From positions 38,316,001 through 38,380,000 of the forward strand of contig CM114271.1 of the NCBI GenBank assembly GCA_050084515.1: 64,000 nt of DNA, read 5' to 3'. Below the pieces are notes generated by a model. That model worked only from the letters and a program-made list of their open reading frames with translations. It was not told where the DNA came from and ran no database searches. Within the stretch, counting starts at the first letter, position 1. Each line of letters begins with the position of its first letter. The position numbers were made by a program, and so were the translations under genes. The stretch is from Blasia pusilla (lineage: Eukaryota). This document shows positions 22,101 to 33,738 of this stretch, one piece after another.

Positions 22101-24121
22101 TCTCGTCAATATGGCCCTGATGACAGAGGTCTTGAAGGTGGAAGAGCCATCATGCTTGGATGAGGCCCTGGCTCATCCTCAATGGAGAGAGGCCATGCAG
22201 ACGGAGATGGACGCTATTCAGAGGAATGAAACTTGGACTTTGGTTGAAAAGCCAGAGGACATGAAGATAATACGCACCAAGTGGGTGTACAAGACCAAGT
22301 ACAAGTCGGACGGTATATTGGATAAATTCAAAGCGAGGTTGGTCGCACAAGGATGCTCATAAATCGAAGGCTTTGACTACTATGAGACTTTTGCTCCCAC
22401 TTTGCAAGGATGACAACCATTCGAATTGTTCTAGCGGTTGCGGGGAACAAGGCGTTGGCTGTATATGTCTACGATGTGAAGTCTGCTTTTTTGAACGGGA
22501 GTCTCAAGGAGGAGGTATATGTTTCTCAACCACCAGGTTTTGAGACACCCGGATCAGAAGAGAAAGTTTGTTTACTTCATCGAGCATTGTATGGGTTGAA
22601 GCAAGCCCCAAGGGTATGGTATCAACGAATAGATACATTCTTTCAAGAGAAGGGTCTCATGAAGAGTCCTTCAGAAGCAAATTTGTATGTGTTTTGCGAA
22701 GATGGGATGTATATATTGATAGTCTTGTATGTGGATGATCTGATCATCACAGGAGACCACAGTAAGAAAATAGAGGAAATGAAGGGAGTGTTGGAATCTG
22801 AGTTTGAAATGTCGGATTTAAGTCTTCTGCACTACTTTATAGGACTGGAAATTTGGCATGATGATTCTATTTTTCTCTCTCAGCAGAAGTATGCTAGAGA
22901 AATCTTGAAGGCATTCGGGATGACCGAGTGTAAGGCAGTGGTCTCGCCAATGGAGGTAGAGTTGAAACTCTCGATGGAGGATGTTTCACCATTGGTAGAT
23001 GAAAAGATGTACAGAAAGCTTGTAGGCAGTTTGATATTTTGTGTAACAGTAGACCAAACATTAGCTTCGCTGTGGGAGTATTGAGTAGGTTCTCAACTAA
23101 GCCTCGTGAGAACCATTGGAAGGCAGGGATGTGTGTGTTGAAGTACATCAAAGGCACTATCGAGTACGGCATCACCTATGGAGCAGGGACGGAAATGACA
23201 GGTTTTTGTGACTCAGATTGGGTAGGAGATTTAGATTCTCGAAGATCAGTTTCGGGTTATTGCTTCTTGGTAGGATGAGGTGTGGTGTCATGGGTCAGCA
23301 AGAAGCAACCTACAGTGGCTCTTTCTTCTACCGAGGCAGAGTACAAGGCGACTTGTTATGCTTCTTGTGAAGCAGTATGGTTGAGATGGATCTTGGAGGA
23401 CATAGGAGAAGCACCGAGAAAGTGCTCTTTGAATGTGGTGTGACAATCGAGTTGCATTGCCATAGCACATAATCATGTGTTTCATGCTCGTCTGAAGCAC
23501 ATAGAGATCGTACCATTTTTTTCGTGAATTGATCGAGAGAGAGGTTTTGAAGTTAGTCTATTGTCCAACAGAGGATAACCGTGTAGACATCTTCACGAAA
23601 GCCTTGAGCGGAGATCAGCTTTACCGACATCTGAAGGATCTTGGCATAGGTCCAAGATAGTAGTCCACATGAGAATGGATATTGAGGGGGGGTATTGGAT
23701 TCTCAACATCCACTCCTCTGAGCACCATTGATTTGATCGGCCCCCTTGTATGAGGAGAAGCCTAGATCGATGGTTCCGACTTAGACGTCGAAGGAGTCAT
23801 AGTAATATGACGTAGGTGGTTTACGAAGTAGCGTTACTAGGTTTATCTAATCCTATATTGCATCAGGGTGCGGGGCACCCTGAGGCAATATAGGGCAAAT
23901 TTTTTCTATTAATAGAAATGAAGAAAAATAGGTAAAAACCCTAGTTTTCCCGAGTAGTCAAATAGTCGGGAGCCGCAGCGGTAGCGCATTCTCGTATGTC
24001 GAGTTATCTCGATTCAGTTCCATCGAAGCTCTTCTGTGAGCGCACGGACGGACTAGGCCACTTTGTATCTCTAAGTTTTTGTAAAGATTTCAGTGATTTA
24101 GTCACTTTCTGTTTTCTCACA
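19109..24121 (+). mobile_element. Complete Ty1/Copia LTR retrotransposon
   Basis: LTRs 19109-19576 and 23693-24121 (TA...CA); TSD TACTA; PBS tggtattagagc (tRNA-iMet type) 19577-19588; PPT gaggggggg before the 3' LTR. Confidence 0.97.
19649..23660 (+). pseudogene. Copia gag-pol (gag, zinc knuckle, PR, IN, RT, RH) with many frameshifts
   Basis: LDGSNYTLWK, CFYCGKLGHLIKDC, WVLDSGAS, LWHERFGH, IHADLCG, RTDRGGEF, DVKSAFLNG, LYVDD, DSDW. The many small indels may be partly sequencing error. Confidence 0.95.
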
Positions 24122-24329
24122 TACTAAATCGATGGATCTCCCTCCTAGAACGGATCTAATTGTCTTCCAGGACAAAATTCAAAAATTTGTTAAAGAAATT
24201 GTTTTCACATCGGAAGGAACAAAACCCTAAGAATCCCCATCCAATAGCTTCCAAAAATCCCATCCAACGGTTAAGAATTGCAGAGCTCACACACCAGACG
24301 ACCCGAAATGTTGCATTTTAGTTGGGCCA

Positions 24330-24395
24330 AAATGCCACGTGTCATAAGCCTGGGTGTTTGCGCTACGAGAAGGCACTCTCACATAGTAGTATAGA
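24330..24395 (-). mobile_element. Helitron 5' terminus
   Basis: Minus strand A|TCTATACTACTATGTGAGAGTGCCTTC...GCAAACACC...TGACACGTGGCA resembles the 5' ends of the mini-Helitrons at 26353 and 54707. Confidence 0.65.
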
Positions 24396-24529
24396 TTAAG
24401 GAAAAAAATCAAATCCATTCCTAAGAAAAAATTGGAAAGAGTATAATTCCCAGTATAGCATTTTCTAGATGCAAAAAGGAGTCCTAACTAAGTGAAAAAT
24501 GAGCAAGAAACAAGTACTTTGAGAGTGCA

Positions 24530-24945
24530 AAAAACCACTATTTTGTGACTCCTTTACGAATCCCTTGCAAGTTTAAAACTACTACTTTGCAAGTTTAAAA
24601 ATCACTACTTTGACTTGCTATTTTGCAACTTTTTTGCCATCATTTTGCGACTATTTTGTGATTTTTTGGTGAGTGATTTGCAAGTCATTTTTTGTGACTA
24701 CCCAGACTCGCAATCTCTCAGAATGCTGTGAGAATGTTGCAAGTCAGTTACAAGTTGCAATTTTTTTGCGACTGAGCTATAATTGACTTGTGAGTGTAAG
24801 AAAATAGAACTTGTGATCCACACTAAGGTCACAGTTTGCAAGTCAATTTCAAATGCATGATTCAAATTTCAAGTCCACTGTGACTACAGTGCGGATCCTA
24901 CAATATGCAAATTGGTTGTAAATGTAGTAATGACTGGTGGTGGAA
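24530..24945 (+). repeat. Dispersed repeat rich in ttgcaa/gactcgcaa motifs, possibly a non-autonomous CACTA derivative
   Basis: 24860-24935 aligns to the reverse complement of 58990-59060. The superfamily assignment is a guess. Confidence 0.5.
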
Positions 24946-25129
24946 ATTGAGCATAGGGATTTTTTATGGCATAATTGATATTGTACCAAATTATTTAACA
25001 TATAGATGACCAAAATTTCTTCATTCTCCACTAGCTTTTTGGCACAAATGCAAGATCTTGGCACAAATCAACCATCGATCTTGGCAATCTTGGAGAAATC
25101 AACCATCGATCTTGGTACATCAATGACCT

Positions 25130-25645
25130 GATGAGGAGGTGAGAAACATATGTGCAAGTTTTCCCTGGTATGGGCCCACTTAGGGCTATTTGCATTTAGT
25201 TCCCTATTTCTTACATAATTAACTTCTCGATATGTAAGGTATCTCTTGATCCATTAAAGAGGGTTAGGGTTAGGGAGGTAATAGAGACCTAACCTATATG
25301 TACATGTCATCAAGGAGAGGTCTTGGAAAAGGGAGGGGGTATATCTCAAAGAGAGCTTGGGAGCTTGTTCTCTCTTTGTTGAACCTCTTTCCATGAGGCG
25401 GAAGAGCTATATTGTCTCTTGCCTTGTGATTAACCTTGAGCCTATTATTAGAAGAATGGATTTGGTTTGACATAGGAGAGAGCCTTGTGATGTGATACTA
25501 TTGTTGCAAACCAGGTTTATAAGAAACATTTTGGTAAATGATTCTGTGCGTGTTTGGATTCCATGATTAACTCGGGAATCTGTGTTGTTAAGTTTGTTGC
25601 ATGGTGAAAACAACATATGTTGTATAACAATATATATGTGCACGA
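25130..25645 (+). mobile_element. Degenerate solo A+B unit of the split-repeat Gypsy family (left boundary approximate)
   Basis: 25310-25500 aligns with 1565-1750 (ttctctctttgttgaacctct, ccttgtga, tttggtttgacat). 25575-25644 resembles the B end (..tatgttgtataacaatatatatgtgcac). Confidence 0.7.
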
Positions 25646-26138
25646 GAACTCCCTTGGTCATTATATACATGTTGAGTCATGTATAGAGTGCCACATCAAG
25701 TTGGTCAACCGTTAGAATTCTACTATGTCGATGGTGTAAGAGATCAATGGGATATTTGGCTATAATTTTTTCATGAGTGATCAGACGAGGTTCGTTACAC
25801 CTCCTTTACGACACGATCGATCATTTTTACAAACTCCCTCCTTTTATTTTGGGTCAATTACTTGTTGGCCTAGTCAACGATTATTTGATTCTTTTGGTAA
25901 CATGTGTGCGTTGGGTACTTGTTCTGTTTACATTTTAAGGGAGGGGTCTTAGGTTATTCCGAAGGGTATGAGAGAAGAGGACATGGTTTCAAACAACCTT
26001 TTTTCTCATGTTGAGGCTGGGAAATACTCTTCCTTGTAGGGTTTATTAGGAGCTAGGGCATTAGAGTTTGGATTCTTTCATGATGGAGGGTAGATATAGA
26101 TTGGTTGAGATATATACTATCACGAATATAATTGATAA

Positions 26139-26353
26139 CTAGTAAGGTCTGTGCGATGCACAGAAAATAAAAAGGTGTTTGAAGAGCTTTCGCTAATGTA
26201 TAGTCTGTGAAGGGACTAATAATGCTGCATACAAATTCAAATGTTTTTTTTGCTGCCCATAACATGTGAAATATTTTCTTGATGCCTAGTTGCCATGTGT
26301 CAGATAGAGAGGTGTTTGCAAATCAAGAAGGCACTCTCCGATAATAATATAGA
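26139..26353 (-). mobile_element. Non-autonomous mini-Helitron (215 bp)
   Basis: A|TCTATATTATT 5' end, ctgtgcatcgcacag hairpin, CTAG|T 3' end, no TSD. Confidence 0.88.
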
Positions 26354-27689
26354 TGTGTGTCATTTTCACTTGAATTTTACATAAGAAATGATGAGAGAGG
26401 GGCATGGGATAATTCCTTGTGTGTAGTTTGGTAGTCAATATGTATAGTTTGGTAGGAATTGACTACCCAATGTGCCCTCATGTCATCCACCTCGAGTTGT
26501 CAGTAGAATTTTGACTCACCATCACTTTATCGATATTCAATAATTTGAGTGATCCATGCCAATGATCCGTGATTGGTGCCAACTAGTAGTCCACATCCAC
26601 ACATGGAGGATTTAACTTCTTGTGCATGGAGATTTTCATGTTGCAAAGTTTTCCAGATCACACAGAGTTGTTAATGTCGATCATGTAGAGGAGTAATGGC
26701 AAATGCGTCAAGGTTACCCATTCAAGTTCTATTCCTGAACTTATCCCTTATTATTCATGGTGTTGGGTTATGATAATCAGGTATACTTACAAACGTTTCG
26801 ACTGTAGATCCTCTATGTGTGTAACATGTTTTTGGGTAGAGGGCATCTTCTCAAGTAGGGGTCTTCTGGATGACACAAGGTTCTATTAGCTTAGGTGAGA
26901 TGGTAAGGAATACATTAAGCTTAGGATGACCCTAAGAGTTGAATATTATGAGGTAAGATTATCATCGCGGGATTACCATTGGTTCTTGTGAAATAGTGAG
27001 GAATGTGGGAGGCTTATGGTAAGCCTGAGTGCTTGAGCATATATGAAATGTAGGCTAACGATGGATTTTTCAAGTGATATTTCCGCAGACATAAGCATGT
27101 TTCAATTTTGTTCTTCCGGTGTCGCACCCAACTACCCGTTTTTACTCTAGTATGTCTATCCTTTCGATATTAGACCAATGGATTAAACACTCAATTGAAC
27201 AATTAAACTCAACACATCATATCCTTTTGTTCATTGGATTCCATGCAGTACATGAAAATGATTTCAAAATGGAGTTGAATTAGATGTCATGCATCTATTT
27301 TCTTGAACATTGTTGTTGTGTCGTGGAAGCGTGCGTTCACCAAGTCAAGTTGTCTTTACTTATTTGTAATCAAACACACTAAAATTAGTCATATTTTGGG
27401 TCAACCAACTTTGCATCTCTTGATTATGGGTCTTAGATTATCCCTTGACCTCACCAATACTAAATAGGGTTAGATAGTAACCTAACCCCTCACTATCCAA
27501 TATAGACAAGCCATCCAACACTTAGAACAAACTTTTTTGATAATCTAGGAAACTAAAATGATGCTAGCCCACTTAAAGATCCTAACTAGCTAAAGGACCT
27601 TAAACGAGTTCTTGTATCATAAAAAATCAATGCATAAACCTTGGTTCAGGATCAAAGGTGAGTATTGAAAATCGAATTATATGACTTTG

Positions 27690-28010
27690 GCCTTGAGCTT
27701 GAGCTCACAAGACTTAGATAGAGTCTCAAAGGCTCTACTGGTTGCATGTTCTCTAGATAACCGAGAAGCCTCCAAATCAGGTCTAGTCCTTCCAAGTGCG
27801 TACCATCTTCCTGGGAAAACTCTTCCCCAAGCCTTGACCAATCTCTCCAAGTCGATTGCCTATGTCGGTTAATTTCTCAAGGTGTGTTCTCTAGCTTAGA
27901 TTTGAAACATGGCTAAACACGCATCACAGTTGGTTCCTAGTTTTAGGACTTGAGCGGGTAGAGAGAAAGAGTGTTCCCCCTTATAAGTACTTCTGGGGTT
28001 CTCTAGGGAT
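27690..28010. repeat. LTR-like remnant, related to 50168-50490
   Basis: Shared blocks gagaagcc.ccaa, tcttccccaagc, tgaaacatg, acgcatca, gttcctagtt..aggacttgagc, tacttct.gggttct. Confidence 0.65.
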
Positions 28011-29728
28011 AGAATACTCATGTTGTGGAAAAATTCCAGAGTCTAAAAAAAAACTAAGAATTTTAAAAACTACAAAAGCTCAAAGGATCCCTCATAATCT
28101 CAAATGGTGGGATATCTTTATTCCAAATCCCATCTAGAAAAATATTTTTGCATTGAGAACCTAAACTTATGCCCTGAAAAATGAAGACTTAATTGAAATT
28201 TAATTTTAACACCTAGATCTCCTCCTACCATTCATAGTAAGTCCTTGTTTACATAACTTTAACAAATTCTTGAAATGGGCCAGCTAGGCCTTTAGGGTTC
28301 TACAAACATGCTTGGACAATACAAAACTAGAAAATGAGAGGTTGGAGGTATCTATCAAAAAGTAGAAGGAGGATAACTCAATGAGTCGATGAACTCGAAG
28401 GCCATATATGGCTTGAGGGTGCTTGTCACCTTCATTACTTGTGAGTGGAATTCACAACGAGTGTCGTAATGCCAAAATAATGAAATCCTACAATACTTAG
28501 TTTCTATGATTCTCGTGTAAAAATCCAATGTAAGTGGTAGATTTGGGACAGAGAATGCATTGGACCACTATGTCCCTTATAAGAGTAGCCATAGTAAGAA
28601 GAAGATTTAAATGCTTGTTGAAAATGTTTTGGTAGAGATAAAAAAATTTGTGTACTCATATTAACTCGTGGATATATCAAAACATCATACGAGAATAGCG
28701 ATATCAAAGAAACATACGAGATTCTTTCAAAATTTACACCAAAGAGTGGTGTTAGTGACTAACTCTTCACTAGTGTGATGTAAGTTCTAGGTGAATGGAG
28801 AGATCCTATAGGACAAGAAAATAAGGATTTGGTGAAAAATGTTTTCTATTCCTAGCTTTAGACCTAGTGGGAAGGCTTGAAAGATGGCAAGATATTTGTA
28901 GAGGGTGAAGCTACAACCCCAACAAGACAAAGAAGACATGGAAAGCATTCTAAGATTCTTTGGTTACCCCAATTTTTTCACCTCTACAATATCAAATGGT
29001 GTTAGTCCTTACTTTAAAGTCCTCCAACGTCACTCTACAACCCTCCAAAGGGTGGATTCAAATTATTTCTTATTCATTCAAAAGGCAAGATGATGATATG
29101 CAAAGATTAAGCACAAATCAGAATGATGCACATACAAATTGTCTTCTTGGCATGTTACCACAATAAACACTCATCAATAGGATGAGAGTTAGTATTCGGA
29201 TCTCACATAGATATGAAGGTGGCTCTTCCCCTATTAGATATACTGGTGGTGTTAGTGCCATGCATGGGTTATTGATGAGTTCCCCTTCTTGCACCCCTTT
29301 GCTCTAAATTGGTCAGAAAAGATTTAACTAATTAACTGCGATAGATATCACAATATGAGGCTATCCCAAAGGAAAAATGTGGAACAATCAAACTTGTTTA
29401 TAAGAAGGTTGTTGCATATTAGAATATAATTTTAGAAATTAAATACATAAGGGAAAGAGCAATTCCACCCTTGGACATTTATTGTCACTACCATTTGTAT
29501 CCTCCGCAATTTGGAGAGTTGGGAGGACAAATAATGACAAGCCCTAGTAAATCATGAATGGGAGCTAATGTTTTCTCACCAAAACGACTATTTTCAATGG
29601 AATATAAAACTAAACATAATTTTCTAAAATTTTGCAAATTTTTGGCAATTCCAACCAATAAAATAAATTTCCCAAATATTCAAAATCTTTGGGAATTCCT
29701 TCCTTTCATGAAAATGTTTTCTATTCCA

Positions 29729-30020
29729 TGGTAGCAAGAAAATATTTCCTTCTACACGGATAACAAGAAAATTTTTGTGTGTAACATGATTAGTGTCTTC
29801 ACTCCCTTCATGCTCACTAGTACTCACTCTATATTATTATGGAAGAGTGCTTTTTTTATTTGCAAACACCTCTATGTTCCACACATGACAACCAAACAAT
29901 AAGGAAAATATTTCTATTTAATAAAGACAACAAGAAAAAAGTTTGAATTTTTGTGCGGCACCATTAATCCCTTCCCTTCATTATCAAAACTCTTCAATTA
30001 TTCTTTTATTTCCCTTGCAT
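29729..30020 (+). mobile_element. Two adjacent partial copies of the mini-Helitron family
   Basis: 29729-29820 matches the family interior and ends CTAG|T. 29828 starts TCTATATTATTATGGAAGAGTGC and is truncated near the hairpin. Confidence 0.7.
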
Positions 30021-30868
30021 AATCTCTACTACTTTCTAGTTAGTACCCGTGACAACTGTGCCATGCATATTCGTCCCCCATCCCGTACATACATGCCCTC
30101 TGTGAATACGGCCCTGCCCGTCCTCTTGAAATATAGGAGGTGCAAATTATAGTATAAACAATAATGCTATTTCTTTGCAAGAAACTTTCCTAACCTTTTG
30201 CCTTCCGAGTAGTTCCGGTTCTTTTGCTTTGTGAGCAGTTCCGGTTCTTAGCGCCGTAGAGGCATATAACGTGATGCTTGCAAGGCGTGGAGCGAAACAT
30301 CGATCATTGATAGATAACAGTTGAAGGCAGAAAGTGGTAACCACGAGTGAGTGAACTCTTTGAATGTCCACAATCCACTCGGCGGAAATGTCTGCTCCAG
30401 AGTCCACCGGAGCACTTGAGAGCTTCATGTGATCCACTGCGATTCCGGAGCAGAGAAATTATGTGGAAGAGAACGCCGACGCCCTTCGAATTTGTTCGAT
30501 TGCGTATTCGTCCGCAGGAAGTCCACCGGAAAAGAGAGAGAGAGATTGTGGAGTACAGAATGTGATGGAAGAGAACTCCGTGACTTTCTTTGGAGAGAAT
30601 ATGATGATGAAGTAGTGTTTGCCACAGTCTTGCGACTACAGATTGGGGATGGGTGCACAGAAAGAAAGAAGTTACCACAAGACATGAGAGGAGGTAGACC
30701 TTCTCGTTTAGGGTGAGTGATGAACACTCAGAGTGTCGGTGCGGAGCTTCCAGGTTTCAACCAAGAAGCTCTGTCAAACATTATCTACCTTGCCTGATCC
30801 GGATCTCCAATACGCGTTACTTCGAGCTATTAATTACAGCGTTAGCTACCTTGTCAGATTGGCATCCC

Positions 30869-31085
30869 CGTTACACGGTACTAACCAGTGTGCATCAGCT
30901 TGGGGCAGTGAAGCTATGCTTCTGAATATGACGAACACCTCCGGTGTTTCCGGATTTTCAATTTCAGCAAAAATCGCTGCTCGTTGCACGGCACTGACCA
31001 GTGTGCAGCAGCTCGGGGCAGTGAAGTTATGCTTCTGGATGTGATGAACACCTCCGGTGTCACCAGATTTTCATTTTCAGCAAGA
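30869..31085. repeat. Tandem duplication, about 113 bp period
   Basis: cacgg.act.accagtgtgca.cagct.ggggcagtgaag...gaacacctccggtgt...gattttca.tttcagcaa occurs twice. Confidence 0.85.
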
Positions 31086-33738
31086 ATTGATGCTCTGTGT
31101 TGTGAATTTTGAACTGTTTACCAACAGTGCAGGTTTCATCCCCATCACACAGGGTGCGGGAGTGTGGTCGTGTTCCCATCCTGCGTTTTCGGCGGTTGAA
31201 GGGAAATGCTTCCCGCTCTCCCACCCTCCTGAAATTGAGCCGGGTTCCAAGTTCTTCAGTACCGCTGTCTCGGTATTAGGATAGACAGCCGAGAGCGCAA
31301 GGTTTTCGAGATGTTCATGGCTTCTTCCAATGCTGTCTCCGCGCGCCCGCGGAGACACAGCATTCATGTGAACTGCTGCTGTCCTCGCATTAGAAAAATG
31401 AGTTTCGGCATTTTCGGAAAGCCCCAGAGCACGGGATTTTCAATCTTTGCGATGATTTGAAATCCGGAAGGTGGGGAGGTTTGGACTGCTGCCCATTCCG
31501 TGAATCCCACAAGCGAACTTACGTGCGCAGCAGAGGTTGCATACGAGAAAAACGACCTCTGTATTAGCCCGACCTCACGATCTTCCTGTGTGTTGTATGG
31601 GCTGAAAAAGTCACGACGCTGATCCGACCGCTGACCCGGGAGATCTGGTTCCTGGTCACACGGGGGAGACACAAGCTTCTCCCGTGTCAATGATCACCCG
31701 AGGAAACTGCCGCCTGTTCGCACATGACTCCGTCGAAGAAGCCTAAATTCGTCGATATCTCAGATCTATCCCAGATCTCTCAGATGAAACTTGAATGTGG
31801 AGGTAGGTTCGTACAGGTGAGATGAGTATGGACCGAGTTACCAACTCCCCCACATTGCCCGCAATTCCCAAGTTAATGGCGATGAACGGATGTGTCAACA
31901 CAAAAGTGGTGAGCTCTCCAGACTCGCTTTGGGCCGTGTACATGTACAGGCTACATAGTACATGCGTGCTCGTGATACAAATATCGAGGTTCCGCTTTTT
32001 CCACCGCATTAATGCATGGAGACGGCCATCAATGATGCACTTACCCAGCGCCGTGCCGTGCAGATGTAGAGAAAGGCGGCTGCCCATCCGATCTGAAAAG
32101 AAGATCCGGTGCAGCGCTCATCCGCGATGCCACGAGAAAGAGGATTAATCGCACATCCATGGCTCCCGCTCCCTTTCACGTGCTCTGCGGAGTGCGATCC
32201 CGAATACCCCTGCCCAATTGCAATCCAATTCATCGACGCCTGTCAGGGCTCAGTCCTGACTCATCCCCAGTTTGATCACAACGGACTTAACAAGCCTGAC
32301 CAATGAAACGGCAGCGCAAGCTTTGGTTTGGAAAATAACTGTCAGGAGTCCGGAGCACTACATCCACATAGGAATCGCTGCTCTATTTGAGTGTTGCTTG
32401 CGGGTGGGTGCACTGTACACTACGGCACTGGACTGTCAGCAGAACTCACCTTCCGCCCAAACGACGAATGATTCGGAATCGCACAAGGCCGCGCATGTCC
32501 AGGCCTCCTATCCAAGATGGGTGTAAACACGGGACCGTTGAAAAGGAATATTGAACAAAGAAAGAAGGCCCATAGATTGGATGTTGTAAATCCCCTGTCG
32601 CGGTATCCACGACACAGACTAAAGCTTGCATGTGTACTCACAACACAACAAAGAAGAGATTCCCCCCCGTCAAAGGGGAAAAGACTACAGCTTGCATGCG
32701 CACACATGACACAACGCATGTATGTGCACTCACAACGCAACAATGAAGAGATTCCGCCCCGTCAAGGGAGGAAGTGAGACAATTTCTGCTTGAACAGTGA
32801 ATCTCTTCTGGGAAAAGAAAGCAAGTCTCGCTTCATCACGTGTTAGCAATTGCATCCACACGGGGGACCCACAAGCTCTGAATGATGTACATCAATTGCG
32901 TACTAGTGCCGATAGTATACACTTAGGATGGTAAGAACCTGAAGAGGAAGAATACACCCGTGTATCTGGGGATCGCTGTCAACACAAGTTTTGAGTTTTC
33001 ACAGTATAGGCTGGATGACTGAATGGGTGGATAAGCCACCTAAGATTAATCCACCGGCGATGAGTACTAGCAGATAGAGATGAGCAGCCCATGAAGCTCG
33101 CGGAAGGCGTAATTCTGAAGCTAGGGTTTCTTTCTCGGAGAAGAGACGAATTGAATGTACAAAGCACTCCAGGAGTCGTTGAGAGCGTAGTAGTTTTCCG
33201 TTGCGCCCCACAAGAGATGTGGTGACAGCCTCCGAACAGGAAAAGTCGTGGAAACTAACTTATGCATATGAGAGAGGAAGGCAAAGAATACCTCCGCTTC
33301 CAGCCATGGGTTTGCTACGAACAGCCTCGGCCATGACCTAAAAAAATGCTCTACTCTACAGGTAATGATTGCACACACTGTTGCCGTTGCTGCTCGAATA
33401 CGATGGCCGATCACTCCATTTCGTCGCTGACTGTAGAGAGTCGCTGGAGCAGATTGGTGGACGAAGCATTTGCACCGTTACAGCAAAATCAGTAGATGCT
33501 ACAACATGATTCCAGCACACTCGAGCTCTGCACATGGGAGCACCGGCTGATCTCAAGACGACGAAGGCCGATTGCCTCGGATTATTACAGAGAGTGTGCC
33601 TAAGAGGAGGCGGGGAGGGAATCCGACTCCGCCTAAGCCAACCACCAGACAGCCAGAGCTCATGACCTCGAGTGGCGGATCCTCAAGATCGTCCATATCT
33701 TCTGGCTCCTGTCCGCAGGAGATGAGCGAAGTGATCTG

